From Solirubrobacteraceae bacterium (lineage in GTDB: Bacteria > Actinomycetota > Thermoleophilia > Solirubrobacterales > Solirubrobacteraceae): a stretch of DNA of 24,643 bases. The stretch spans positions 1-24,643 of the forward strand of contig JAXDHC010000064.1 in NCBI GenBank assembly GCA_034664705.1, in the 5' to 3' direction. A program made the position numbers and the translations under genes. The notes beneath the pieces were generated by a model, which was not told where the DNA came from, searched no databases, and saw nothing but the letters and a program-made list of their open reading frames with translations. Shown here piece by piece: positions 1 through 8,215 of the stretch. Position 1 is the stretch's first letter; each line of letters starts with the position of its first letter.

Positions 1-56
1 GCAGCCGCGCCCCCACGTACATCCTGTCCGGGCGCAGTGCCCACCACACCGCCCGG

Positions 57-88
57 CGGAGGGGTATTGCCCCCTCCGACGGGAGGGG
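57..88. promoter_or_regulatory. Overlapping inverted repeats (A-B-A' arrangement) upstream of the first CDS
   Basis: CGGAGGGG (57-64) is the reverse complement of CCCCTCCG (71-78), and CCCCTCC (71-77) also pairs with GGAGGGG (82-88). Function unknown. Confidence 0.35.
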
Positions 89-169
89 CGAGGGTAGTGC
101 GCGAGCGCCGCTGCAGACTCGGCGCACTCCGCGCCCCACACGCGCAGATTCGCCTGCGAGCCTGGCTAC

Positions 170-1120
170 ATGGCGCAGGTGTGGCGAACAGTGGACCGCA
201 GAGGTCCAGAATTCGACACACCCGGCTGGGACAGAGCGGTCGCGGATCTTGCGACGCGCCAGTACGGCGTCGTGTCGCGCCCGCAGCTGCGCGCACTCGG
301 CCTGACGGATCGCGCGATCGCCCGTCGGCTCGGGGCCGGGCGTCTGCACCGGATCCATCGGGGCGTGTACGCCGTCGGCCATCCGGTGCTGAGCCGCCAC
401 GGACGCTGGCTGGCCGCGGTGCTGGCGTGCGGTCCGGGCGCCGCGCTGAGCCACACCTCCGCCGGCGCGCTGTGGCAGGTCCGGCGAAGCGCCGCGACGA
501 AGATCGACGTCACGGTCGCGAGTCTCAACGGCCGGGCCCGGCCGGGGCTGCGCATCCACCGCAGTCGGTCGCTGCCGGCCAACGAGACGACGCTCCATGA
601 TGGCATCCCCGTCACCACGCTCGCCCGGACGCTCCTCGATCTCGCTGCCGGGCTCCCCCGCCGCCAGCTCGAACGAGCGCTCGAGCAGGCCGAGATCCTT
701 CGCCTCCTCGATGCCGCCTCCATCGATGCCATCTGTCGAGTCCACCCGAACCACCGCGGCACCACAAAGCTGCGCGCCGCGCTGGCCGGCTACGACCCCG
801 CCGGCGCGCTGACGAAGAGCGATCTCGAGAAGCGCATGCTCGCGCTCTGCCGCGCGCACGCCCTCCCCCCGCCGCTCGTCAACTCGATCGCCGCCGGCCT
901 GGAGGTCGACTTCCTCTTCCCCGATCAGCGGCTCGTCGTCGAGACCGACGGCTGGGCCTACCATCGCACGCGGGCCGCGTTCGAGCGCGATCGCCGGCGT
1001 GACGCGACGCTCGCCCGCGCCGGCCACCGCGTCCTGCGCTTCACCGACCGCCAGGTCGAGCGCGAGCCGCAAACGGTCGCGGAGACGATCGCCGCCGCGC
1101 TCGCGACGATCGCGTCCTAG
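170..1120 (+). CDS. Type IV TA AbiEi-family antitoxin N-terminal domain + DUF559 (Vsr-like) endonuclease-domain protein
   Basis: N-terminal RQYGVVSRPQL...LHRIHRGVYAVG and ALSHTSAGALW typical of AbiEi-like proteins; C-terminal EVDFLFPDQRLVVETDGWAYH...FERDRRRDATLARAGHRVLRFT typical of DUF559. No AbiEii toxin adjacent. Confidence 0.85.
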   Translation: MAQVWRTVDRRGPEFDTPGWDRAVADLATRQYGVVSRPQLRALGLTDRAIARRLGAGRLHRIHRGVYAVGHPVLSRHGRWLAAVLACGPGAALSHTSAGALWQVRRSAATKIDVTVASLNGRARPGLRIHRSRSLPANETTLHDGIPVTTLARTLLDLAAGLPRRQLERALEQAEILRLLDAASIDAICRVHPNHRGTTKLRAALAGYDPAGALTKSDLEKRMLALCRAHALPPPLVNSIAAGLEVDFLFPDQRLVVETDGWAYHRTRAAFERDRRRDATLARAGHRVLRFTDRQVEREPQTVAETIAAALATIAS

Positions 1121-1122
1121 AT

Positions 1123-2301
1123 CTACCCTCCCGGCCAGCCCCGGCGCGCCCCCTCGCCGCCGTCGCCGTGGCGCAGCGACATGTGCAGGTAGCGCGACGT
1201 CGCCTCCGCGCGGTTGGAGGCGTGCAGCTTGCGCAGGATGTTCTTCACGTGGAACTTCACGGTGCCCTCGGAGACGACGAGCGCGCGGGCGATGTCGGCG
1301 TTCGTCTCGCCCTTGACCATGTGCTCGAGGACGTCGAGCTCGCGCCGGGTGAGCAGGTCGCGGAGCGCCGAGTCCGGCCCCTGTGCGCGCACGGGGTCCT
1401 CCCCGGCCGGCGCCTCGCGCTCCACGGCCAGATCGATCGCGCCGTCGCTGAGCTCGCTCGTCCGCGCGTCGGCCCAGCTCGCGACCTGGCGCAGCTCCTG
1501 GCGCTGGATGCGCAGGCGCCGGCGCAGCACGGCGCGCTCGAAGACCTGGCCGAACGCGAGGGCGAAGCGCCACAGCGCGTCGCGGTCGGCGGCGCGCAGG
1601 GGCGTGCCCGACGCGACGCGATCGCCGTGCAGGAAGCCGATCACGCGGCCCTCGAGGACGATCGGGGTGGCGACGTGCTCGCCCCAGCTCATGATCTCGG
1701 CGAAGGCGTGGCGGGCGCTCGGCGCGCCGTCCCCCTCGCGCACGATGAGCGCGCGGCGGCGGCGCAGCATCTCGGCCTCGAGCAGCGGATAGCCGAGCGG
1801 CACCGGCGCGGCCTGCAGCGCGGCGAGCGCGGCCGCGGCGTCGCCGGCGCCCACGCGGCAGTGGATCGCCTCGGCGACGAGGCGGCCGTCGTCGATGCGG
1901 CTGAGCACCACGCGGTCCAGGCCGACCGCATCGCACGCCGCCGCCGGGGCGCGGTCGACGATCTCGCTCACCGGCCCCGCCTCCGCCAGGCGGTCGGCGC
2001 TCGCCTGCACGCGCTCCAGGGCGCGCACGCGGGCCACCAGACCGTCCTCGACGAGCAGGCCGGCCAGGCGGTGCAGCTCACGCGCCTCGGCGTCGCCGAG
2101 GGCGTCGAGCCGCCCGGCGAGCAGCGCGCCGAGCGTGTGGTGCAGGTCGGTGAGGTCCTCGGTGAGGGTCCCGGCGTCGGGGCCGGCCGGGTCGCCGAGC
2201 AGGGCCGTGACGCGCTCCTCGAGCGGGGCGATCGCGCGGGCGCGGGCCCGCGCCGAGGCGGAGCGCTCCGGCGAGCCGCCGGGCGACCGCGTGGCGCTCA
2301 C
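1123..2301 (-). CDS. GAF-domain + LuxR C-terminal HTH transcriptional regulator (392 aa)
   Basis: C-terminal LTRRELDVLEHMVKGETNADIARALVVSEGTVKFHVKNILRKL is a LuxR HTH; central TPIVLEGRVIGFLHGD is GAF-like. Start re-called at GTG 2301, which overlaps the upstream TGA (GTGA). The longer 1123..3096 ORF N-terminus is shadow sequence. Confidence 0.85.
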   Translation of the reverse strand: MSATRSPGGSPERSASARARARAIAPLEERVTALLGDPAGPDAGTLTEDLTDLHHTLGALLAGRLDALGDAEARELHRLAGLLVEDGLVARVRALERVQASADRLAEAGPVSEIVDRAPAAACDAVGLDRVVLSRIDDGRLVAEAIHCRVGAGDAAAALAALQAAPVPLGYPLLEAEMLRRRRALIVREGDGAPSARHAFAEIMSWGEHVATPIVLEGRVIGFLHGDRVASGTPLRAADRDALWRFALAFGQVFERAVLRRRLRIQRQELRQVASWADARTSELSDGAIDLAVEREAPAGEDPVRAQGPDSALRDLLTRRELDVLEHMVKGETNADIARALVVSEGTVKFHVKNILRKLHASNRAEATSRYLHMSLRHGDGGEGARRGWPGG

Positions 2302-4178
2302 CGGCGCTCCCGCGGCGGCCCGGCCGACGGCGGCGCGACGGCGCCGCGGCCGCGCCCGGGCAGGCCGAGCCGGCCGTTCCCGTTGGCCTTCGCCGTGACC
2401 TCGAGCAGGTAGGCGACCATCACGTCGCGCTCGCCGACGGCGAGGTGGTGGGCGTCGCTGAGCTCCTCCACGCGCGCGATCTGCTCGCGCGTGTCCGCCA
2501 GCTCGGGCGCGAAGCCGAACATCGCCCAGTCGACGACCTCTGCGCGGAACCCCGCCGCGTCGAGCAGGTGGGCGGTGCGCTGCTGGGAGATGATCGACAG
2601 CTGCATGACATACGCCACGCCCTCGGGCGCGAGCGCGTCGGACAGCTTGCCGATGAGCTGATCGACGAGGTTGCGCCCCCAGTAGTCGACCGCGCGGTGC
2701 GTCGACACGGCGCCGACCGGGTCGGCCGGGTGCTGGTGCAGGCTGGCGACGAGCACCTCGTAGCGCTCCTCCGGCGTCCACGGGAACAGGTCGACGACCG
2801 TGGCGGTGAGGCGGTCGTCGACCCCGTTGCGGAACGCGTTCGTCAGCGTGTTGGCGACGGCCCGGCGATCGACGTCGATCGCGCGCACATGCGCCGCGCC
2901 GTTCAGGGCGAGCTGGACGCCGAGGATGCCGGTCCCGCAGCCGACGTCGAGGCAGCGCTGGTGGGCGCCGACGCCCTCGCGGAAGAGGTGGCGCCAGACC
3001 ATGAAGCTCGCCTCGTCGGGCGGATGCACACCGGGGTCCACGGCGAGGTCGGGGAACGGCAGCGGGTACAGGCGGCGGTCGCGGCCGTCGGTCCACGGCG
3101 CGGGCGCCGGGGGCCGCGGCGCCGGCCGCTCGCCGTCCGCGTCGAGGTCGTCCAGGCCGCCCCGGCGCCGGCTGCCGAGCGGCGCGCCCTCCAGGCGCTC
3201 GCGGGCCGCCGCGATGTGGTCGGGCCCGGTGCCGCAGCAGCCGCCGACGATCGCCGCGCCCTCCTCGCGCCAGCCGAGCGCCATGCGCCCGTACTCCTCG
3301 CCCCCGACGCCGGGATCGAAGCGCCAGCCCGCGTCGGTGAAGTAGCCGAGGTTCGGATACACGCCGAGCGGCAGGTCGGAGAAGTCGCGCAGGTAGGAGA
3401 CCATCCCGGCGACGTGGTCGGGCGGGATGCAGTTGACGAGCAGCGCGCCGACGCCCATCCGCTCGAAGCGCCGCGCCGCACGGCCGAAGTCATCGCCCTC
3501 GGGCCCGCCCCAGTGCTCGCCGTAGACGCCGCAGATCCCGTGGCGACACCGGCGGAAGGACAGCCAGACGGGAAGGCCGATCCCGAGCAGCTCCTCCACC
3601 GTCTCCATGAGCGAGGGCCGCAGGACCGACAGCGTCTCGACGAGGACGAGGTCGGGCGGCCGCGGCTCGTCGGCGAAGAGCCGGCCGAGCAGCGAGATCG
3701 TCTCGCGGCCGTCGGGCGAGTCCACGTCGGCGTTCAGCGAGAACGCGACGGCCGTGTCCGGGCGCTCGCTCTCCTCCACCGCCGAGACGGCGAGGCGCAG
3801 CCCGCGCCGCGCGATGTCCATCCAGTGCACCGGCGCGCCCGCATCGCCCCACCGCCGCGGTCCGTCGGCGGCGAGCGCCGAGGCGAGGCCCCACGTGTTC
3901 GCGGAGACGACGTCGGCCCCCGCAGCGACGTAGCGGCGATGCACGTCGAGCACCAGGTCCGGCGTGTCGATCAGCGCGCGCGTGCCCCACAGGCGCTCGT
4001 CGGCGTCCCGTGCGCCCCCGCGCGCGACGCGCGGCAGCTCGGTGCCCATCGCGCCGTCCAGCACGACGCAGCGCTGCTCGTCGAGCATCCGGGCGACGCG
4101 GTGAAACGCCGGCGACGCGCCCGCGCGGGGCGGCCGGCGGGCGGGATCGCCCTCGATGCTCTGCTGCGCCTCCGTCAT
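2298..4178 (-). CDS. Fusion: homocysteine S-methyltransferase domain + C-terminal class I SAM-dependent (HemK/MTS-like) methyltransferase (626 aa)
   Basis: VVLDGAMGTEL, LLVNC and IVGGCCGTGPDHI (three Zn-ligand Cys of the HMT family); C-terminal CLDVGCGTGILG SAM motif I, VRAIDVD, LAPEGVAY. Start at ATG 4178 preferred over GTG 4208. Confidence 0.85.
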   Translation of the reverse strand: MTEAQQSIEGDPARRPPRAGASPAFHRVARMLDEQRCVVLDGAMGTELPRVARGGARDADERLWGTRALIDTPDLVLDVHRRYVAAGADVVSANTWGLASALAADGPRRWGDAGAPVHWMDIARRGLRLAVSAVEESERPDTAVAFSLNADVDSPDGRETISLLGRLFADEPRPPDLVLVETLSVLRPSLMETVEELLGIGLPVWLSFRRCRHGICGVYGEHWGGPEGDDFGRAARRFERMGVGALLVNCIPPDHVAGMVSYLRDFSDLPLGVYPNLGYFTDAGWRFDPGVGGEEYGRMALGWREEGAAIVGGCCGTGPDHIAAARERLEGAPLGSRRRGGLDDLDADGERPAPRPPAPAPWTDGRDRRLYPLPFPDLAVDPGVHPPDEASFMVWRHLFREGVGAHQRCLDVGCGTGILGVQLALNGAAHVRAIDVDRRAVANTLTNAFRNGVDDRLTATVVDLFPWTPEERYEVLVASLHQHPADPVGAVSTHRAVDYWGRNLVDQLIGKLSDALAPEGVAYVMQLSIISQQRTAHLLDAAGFRAEVVDWAMFGFAPELADTREQIARVEELSDAHHLAVGERDVMVAYLLEVTAKANGNGRLGLPGRGRGAVAPPSAGPPRERR

Positions 4179-4274
4179 CGCCAGTTGACCGTCCGCCGCG
4201 CCGCGCACGGGCGCCGCGGAGGCCGTGACAAGGGTACTCGCGCCCGGGAGGGGCCGCGCAGCGTCGCGGCGCCC

Positions 4275-4982
4275 TCAGAGAGCGAGGGCGTGCGGCCGCG
4301 CCGCGGCGGCGAGCCGGCCGACCGCCTCGCTGCCGACGAGCGACAGGCCCACCGGCCGGCCGCCCTCGAACAGCGCGTGGCATGCCTCGCTGTCGCCCGC
4401 CGAGTCGACGAGCAGCAGCCAGTGGTCCGCGGCGGTCCGCAGGACGAGGGTCTCCACGCCCGCGAGCGTGGTGGTCCGCAGGCCGTGGACCGGTAGGTCG
4501 GTCGGAAGCCCGGCGACGTCCAGCAGGCGCCCGGCCTTCGGCCCGATCAGCGACATGGGCGACCACGCGTCGGTCAGCTCGGTCGCGGTGATCGGGCTGC
4601 CGCCGATCACGGCCTCGCGGGCCACGCGGCGCCACCGCTCCACCGCGCCCGACGCGCCGACGACGAGCGCGTGGTGCTGGTCGAGCCGGCAGCACCAGGT
4701 CCCGGCGGCCACCGCGGCGGTGCCGGGCCGGGGGTCGATCCCGCCGTGCGCGCGGCTCAGCAGGCGCTCGAGCCACGGCTCGCGGCCCGCGAGCTCGAGG
4801 ACGCGCAGCTCGGTGCGGAAGGCGAGGCCGACGGCCTTGCGGCAGACCGCGATCTCGGTCGCGACCGAGCCGTAGTGGGCGGTCACGGCACGCCCGTCAC
4901 GGGCCACCACCATCGCGCCGGGGGCCGTGCGGCGGGCGAAGCGGGCGGCGGGCCGGTCGCCCGTGAGGATGTCGGTCTGCAT
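4275..4982 (-). CDS. GcvT/aminomethyltransferase-like folate-binding-fold protein, short (235 aa)
   Basis: VTAHYGSVATEIAVCRKAVGL...LELAGRE and LTDAWSPMSLIGPKAGRLL resemble the GcvT N-terminal (heavy 'E..A.R..VGL.D') and SoxG-like segments. Start re-called at ATG 4982 with a TACGGT -10-like hexamer 8 nt upstream. Confidence 0.65.
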   Translation of the reverse strand: MQTDILTGDRPAARFARRTAPGAMVVARDGRAVTAHYGSVATEIAVCRKAVGLAFRTELRVLELAGREPWLERLLSRAHGGIDPRPGTAAVAAGTWCCRLDQHHALVVGASGAVERWRRVAREAVIGGSPITATELTDAWSPMSLIGPKAGRLLDVAGLPTDLPVHGLRTTTLAGVETLVLRTAADHWLLLVDSAGDSEACHALFEGGRPVGLSLVGSEAVGRLAAAARPHALAL

Positions 4983-5108
4983 CCCGACGGACCGTAGTCC
5001 TGCCCACGCGCGCGCACGCCTCCCGATGGAGGGGTCTTGCCTCCCCGACCGGGCAGGTGAGGCGGGACGGCGGCGACGGGCTCCGCACCGGCGAGCCGTC
5101 CTGCTTCG

Positions 5109-5118
5109 CTGCATGCAG
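5109..5118. promoter_or_regulatory. Palindrome CTGCATGCAG, candidate GntR (FadR/VanR-type) operator in the divergent intergenic region
   Basis: Perfect 10-bp palindrome; the GCATGC core recurs at 5171 and 5241. A VanR-like GntR gene lies downstream. Assignment to that regulator is inference. Confidence 0.4.
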
Positions 5119-5294
5119 ACCCTCTGGTAGTTTGCCCGCCCGGAGGAGGAGGGACCTGGACGTGGCCAGCGCATGCCCCGTGTTCATCGGAGTTCACCGA
5201 TCGAGTCGCCGTCGCCCGCAGGGGCACGCGCGCGCCGACGGCATGCAGCGCACACCGGCGTCCCGGCAGGCACCCGGTCCGAAGGAGCACCGCC

Positions 5295-6362
5295 GTGAAT
5301 GAGCATCCCCGCCCTGTCGACCCGCGACCCGGCGGCACGTCCCCGCGACCCCGGCGCCGGCCGTCGCGCGCGGCCTTCGCGCTGCTGGCGTCGCTGCTGC
5401 TGATCAGCGGCGTCCTCGCCGCCTGTGGCGGCGATGGCGGAGGCGGGAGCGGCGGCAGCGGCAGCAGCGGGTCGGCCTCCGAGGAGGTCAAGCCGGCGAC
5501 GCTCAACGTCGGCGTCATCCCCATCGCCGACGTCGCGCCGCTGTACGTCGGCATCAAGCAGGGCTTCTTCAAGGAGCAGCAGCTCACGATCAACCCGAAG
5601 CTCGCAGAGGGCGGCGCGGCCATCACGCCGGCGGTCCTCAGCGGCGACTTCCAGATCGGCTTCTCGAACACGATCTCGCTGCTCATCGCCAGCTCGAAGG
5701 GCCTCCCCGTGGAGGTCATCACCCAGGGGGTGCTCGGCGGCAAGGACGAGTCCGAGGCGTGGGCGGACCTGATGGTCCTCAAGAACGGCTCCGTCAGGAC
5801 GCCGAAGGACCTCGAGGGCAAGACGATCGCCGTCAACACCCTGAAGAACATCTGCGAGGTCACGATCAAGGCGTCGCTGGCCAAGAAGGGCGTCGACATC
5901 AACACCCTGAAGTTCATCGAGGTGCCGTTCCCCGACATGAACGCCGCGATCGAGGCCAAGCGCGTCGACGGCGCGTGCGTCGTCGAGCCGTTCGTGAGCC
6001 AGGGCAAGGCGGGCAAGGCGCGGGGCATCGACCCGTTCTACGTCGGCACCGCGCCGGACCTGACGGTCGCGACGTACTTCACCTCGAAGCAGTACGCCGA
6101 GAAGAACAAGGGCGTCGTGGACCGCTTCATCACGGCGATGAACAAGTCGCTCGACTACTCGCAGCAGAACCCCGACGCCGTGCGCGCGGTCCTCGCCGAC
6201 TACACGAAGATCCCGCCGGAGGCCGCGAAGAACATCAAGCTGCCGGTCTGGCGCTCGGAGCTGACGACGGACACGATCCAGCAGCTGTCGAAGCTCAGCA
6301 AGGAGTACGGCCTCATCGAGAAGGAGCCGGACCTCGGCCAGCTGATCCGGCCGGGATCCTGA
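5295..6362 (+). CDS. ABC transporter substrate-binding lipoprotein, SsuA/THI5/NMT1-like
   Basis: RBS GAAGGAG at 5281-5287; lipobox VLAAC; motifs GFFKEQQL, AEGGAA, DLEGKTIAVNTL, FIEVPFPDM. Confidence 0.9.
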   Translation: MNEHPRPVDPRPGGTSPRPRRRPSRAAFALLASLLLISGVLAACGGDGGGGSGGSGSSGSASEEVKPATLNVGVIPIADVAPLYVGIKQGFFKEQQLTINPKLAEGGAAITPAVLSGDFQIGFSNTISLLIASSKGLPVEVITQGVLGGKDESEAWADLMVLKNGSVRTPKDLEGKTIAVNTLKNICEVTIKASLAKKGVDINTLKFIEVPFPDMNAAIEAKRVDGACVVEPFVSQGKAGKARGIDPFYVGTAPDLTVATYFTSKQYAEKNKGVVDRFITAMNKSLDYSQQNPDAVRAVLADYTKIPPEAAKNIKLPVWRSELTTDTIQQLSKLSKEYGLIEKEPDLGQLIRPGS

Positions 6363-6388
6363 TCGGAGCCCGACGGCCGGAGGGTGCG

Positions 6389-7177
6389 ATGTCGCCGTCC
6401 GCCTCGGGAGCGCCCGCGTCGCAGATGGCGCGGGCGCTCCTCGGTCTCCGCGAGCTGCTCTACAGCGGCGAGTACCCGCCGGGGCAGCGGCTGTCCGAGC
6501 TGCCGCTCGTCGAGCGCCTCGGCGTCTCGCGCACGCCGCTGCGCCTCGCGCTGGCGCGCCTCGAGCACGAGGGCCTGATCGAGGCGCTCCCCGCCGGCGG
6601 CTACGTCGTGCGGCGCTTCACGCGCGCCGACATCGACGACGCGATCGAGCTGCGCGGCGTCCTCGAGGGGACCGCGGCACGGCTCGCGGCCGAGCGGCGG
6701 CCGGGCCGGCGGCCGCTGGGCCGGCTGCGCTCCTGCTGCGAGGAGATCGCCGAGCACGTCCGCCGCGACGACCGCTCGTTCGACGCGCTCGTCCGCTACA
6801 CGCGCCTCAACGAGCGCTTCCACGCGCGCCTCGTCGACCTCGCGTCGAGCCCGGTGCTCACGCGGGCGATCGAGGGCGTCGTCGCGCTGCCGTTCGCGTC
6901 GCCGAGCGCCGCGCTCGTGGCGATCCAGGCCGAGCTCGACGAGTCGCGCGAGATCCTCGTCATCGCGCAGAGCCAGCACGCGGCGCTCGTGGCCGCGATC
7001 GCCGCCGGCGAGGGCACGCGCGCCGAGGCGCTCGCCCGCGAGCACGCGCGCCTGGCGCGGCGCAACCTCGAGGTCGCGCTGCGCCACCGCGACGTGCTCG
7101 ACCACGTGCGGGACGGCTCGGCGGTCGTCCACCTCGCCGCCGGCGACGAGCCGGCTACCGCGCCGGCAGGCCGATGA
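6389..7177 (+). CDS. GntR-family regulator (FCD domain, VanR-like), 262 aa
   Basis: RALLGLRELLYSGEYPPGQRLSELPLVERLGVSRTPLRLALARLEHEGLI winged HTH; NERFHARLVDLASS and QHAALVAAIAAGEGTRAEALAREHA of the FCD domain. Start re-called at ATG 6389 within ORF 5759..7177. Confidence 0.9.
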   Translation: MSPSASGAPASQMARALLGLRELLYSGEYPPGQRLSELPLVERLGVSRTPLRLALARLEHEGLIEALPAGGYVVRRFTRADIDDAIELRGVLEGTAARLAAERRPGRRPLGRLRSCCEEIAEHVRRDDRSFDALVRYTRLNERFHARLVDLASSPVLTRAIEGVVALPFASPSAALVAIQAELDESREILVIAQSQHAALVAAIAAGEGTRAEALAREHARLARRNLEVALRHRDVLDHVRDGSAVVHLAAGDEPATAPAGR

Positions 7178-8177
7178 CCGCGCGGGCGTTGCCCTCGTAG
7201 ATCTGCGCGCGCTCGGCCTCGCCGAGCCCGAGCGACTCGATGTTCGCGATCGTCTCGCGGATGTAGCCGGGCCCCTTCTCCGGGTCGAACGGCGAGTCCG
7301 AGGCGAAGAGGATGCGATCCACGCCGAAGAAGTCGATGCAGCAGCGCAGGGCGTGGGCGGCGCCGAACAGCGCGGTGTCGGCGTAGAACATCCGGAAGTA
7401 GTCGATCGGCCGCTTGGAGAGCTCGGGCCCCTCGATCTCCGCGCGGCGGTCCGGCGGGGTGCGCGCGCCGAGCTGGTCCCACCCGGGCCCGACGCGCCCG
7501 GCGAAGTGCGGGACCATGCTGCCGCCGTGATGGGTGAGGATCTTCAGGCCCGGATGGCGCTCCAGCACGCCCGAGAACACGATGCGCGACATGAATACCG
7601 CCGTCTCGTAGGGCCAGCCGAAGACCCACCAGATCTCATACCGGGACGTGTCCTCGGCCGGGTAGTCCGGCGTCGACGCGCTGCGGCTCGGGTGCACCCA
7701 GATCATCCGGTCCAGCTCGGCCATCGTGGCCCAGAACGGCTCGAAGCGCGGCTCGTCGAGCGGATGGCCGTTGACGTTCGTGTAGATCTGCGCGCCCAGC
7801 GCGCCGATGCCGACCGCGCGCTCGGCCTCCGCGGCGGCCGCCTCGGGGTCGTTCATCGGCACGGCGGCCACCCACCCGGCGAAGCGGTCCGGGTGATCGG
7901 CGACGAGCGCGGCGAGCTCGTCGTTGGCCAGGCGCGCCATCTCGCGCGAGACGCGCGGCTCGCCGAGATCCTCCGGCGGCGGCGCGGGCAGGCTGACGAT
8001 CTGCTGGTAGTCCTCGCCGAACTCGTCCATGTGACGAAAGCGCACGTCGAGGTCGACGAGCGACGGGATGCCGTCGATCCGCGTGCGGATGTTGACGGCG
8101 GCCGGCGTGTCGACGAGCTCGTCCAGCCGGTCGGCGTAGGGCCGGGGCATGATGTGGCAGAACGCGTCGAGCTTCAT
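7155..8177 (-). CDS. Amidohydrolase_2 family protein (non-oxidative aromatic/heteroaromatic acid decarboxylase-like)
   Basis: N-terminal DAFCHI metal motif, IWVHP, FGWPYET, THHGG, YADTA, LFASDSPF; RBS GAAGGAG upstream. Confidence 0.85.
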   Translation of the reverse strand: MKLDAFCHIMPRPYADRLDELVDTPAAVNIRTRIDGIPSLVDLDVRFRHMDEFGEDYQQIVSLPAPPPEDLGEPRVSREMARLANDELAALVADHPDRFAGWVAAVPMNDPEAAAAEAERAVGIGALGAQIYTNVNGHPLDEPRFEPFWATMAELDRMIWVHPSRSASTPDYPAEDTSRYEIWWVFGWPYETAVFMSRIVFSGVLERHPGLKILTHHGGSMVPHFAGRVGPGWDQLGARTPPDRRAEIEGPELSKRPIDYFRMFYADTALFGAAHALRCCIDFFGVDRILFASDSPFDPEKGPGYIRETIANIESLGLGEAERAQIYEGNARAVIGLPAR

Positions 8178-8215
8178 CGGCGGCTCCTTCGGGTCGGTTC
8201 GGGCATGGCGGGCGG

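Noticed and set aside
1118-1125. Perfect palindrome TAGATCTA
   Set aside because: Simply two convergent TAG stop codons 2 nt apart.
1123-3096. 657-aa ORF as a single protein
   Set aside because: The first 265 codons are Arg/Pro-rich shadow of the HMT-MTase gene; the real gene starts at GTG 2301.
5130-5155. GGGCAAAC (minus strand) as c-di-GMP-I, or GGAGGGAC (plus strand) as a SAM-I/IV riboswitch upstream of methyl-metabolism genes
   Set aside because: The remaining consensus elements and stems could not be found. An Rfam cmscan would be decisive.
5279-5290. CCGAAGGAGCA as part of a glycine riboswitch
   Set aside because: No GGAGA or CTCTCAGG elements; it sits at RBS distance from GTG 5295, and the same CCGAAGGAGC precedes the amidohydrolase start, so it is a Shine-Dalgarno.
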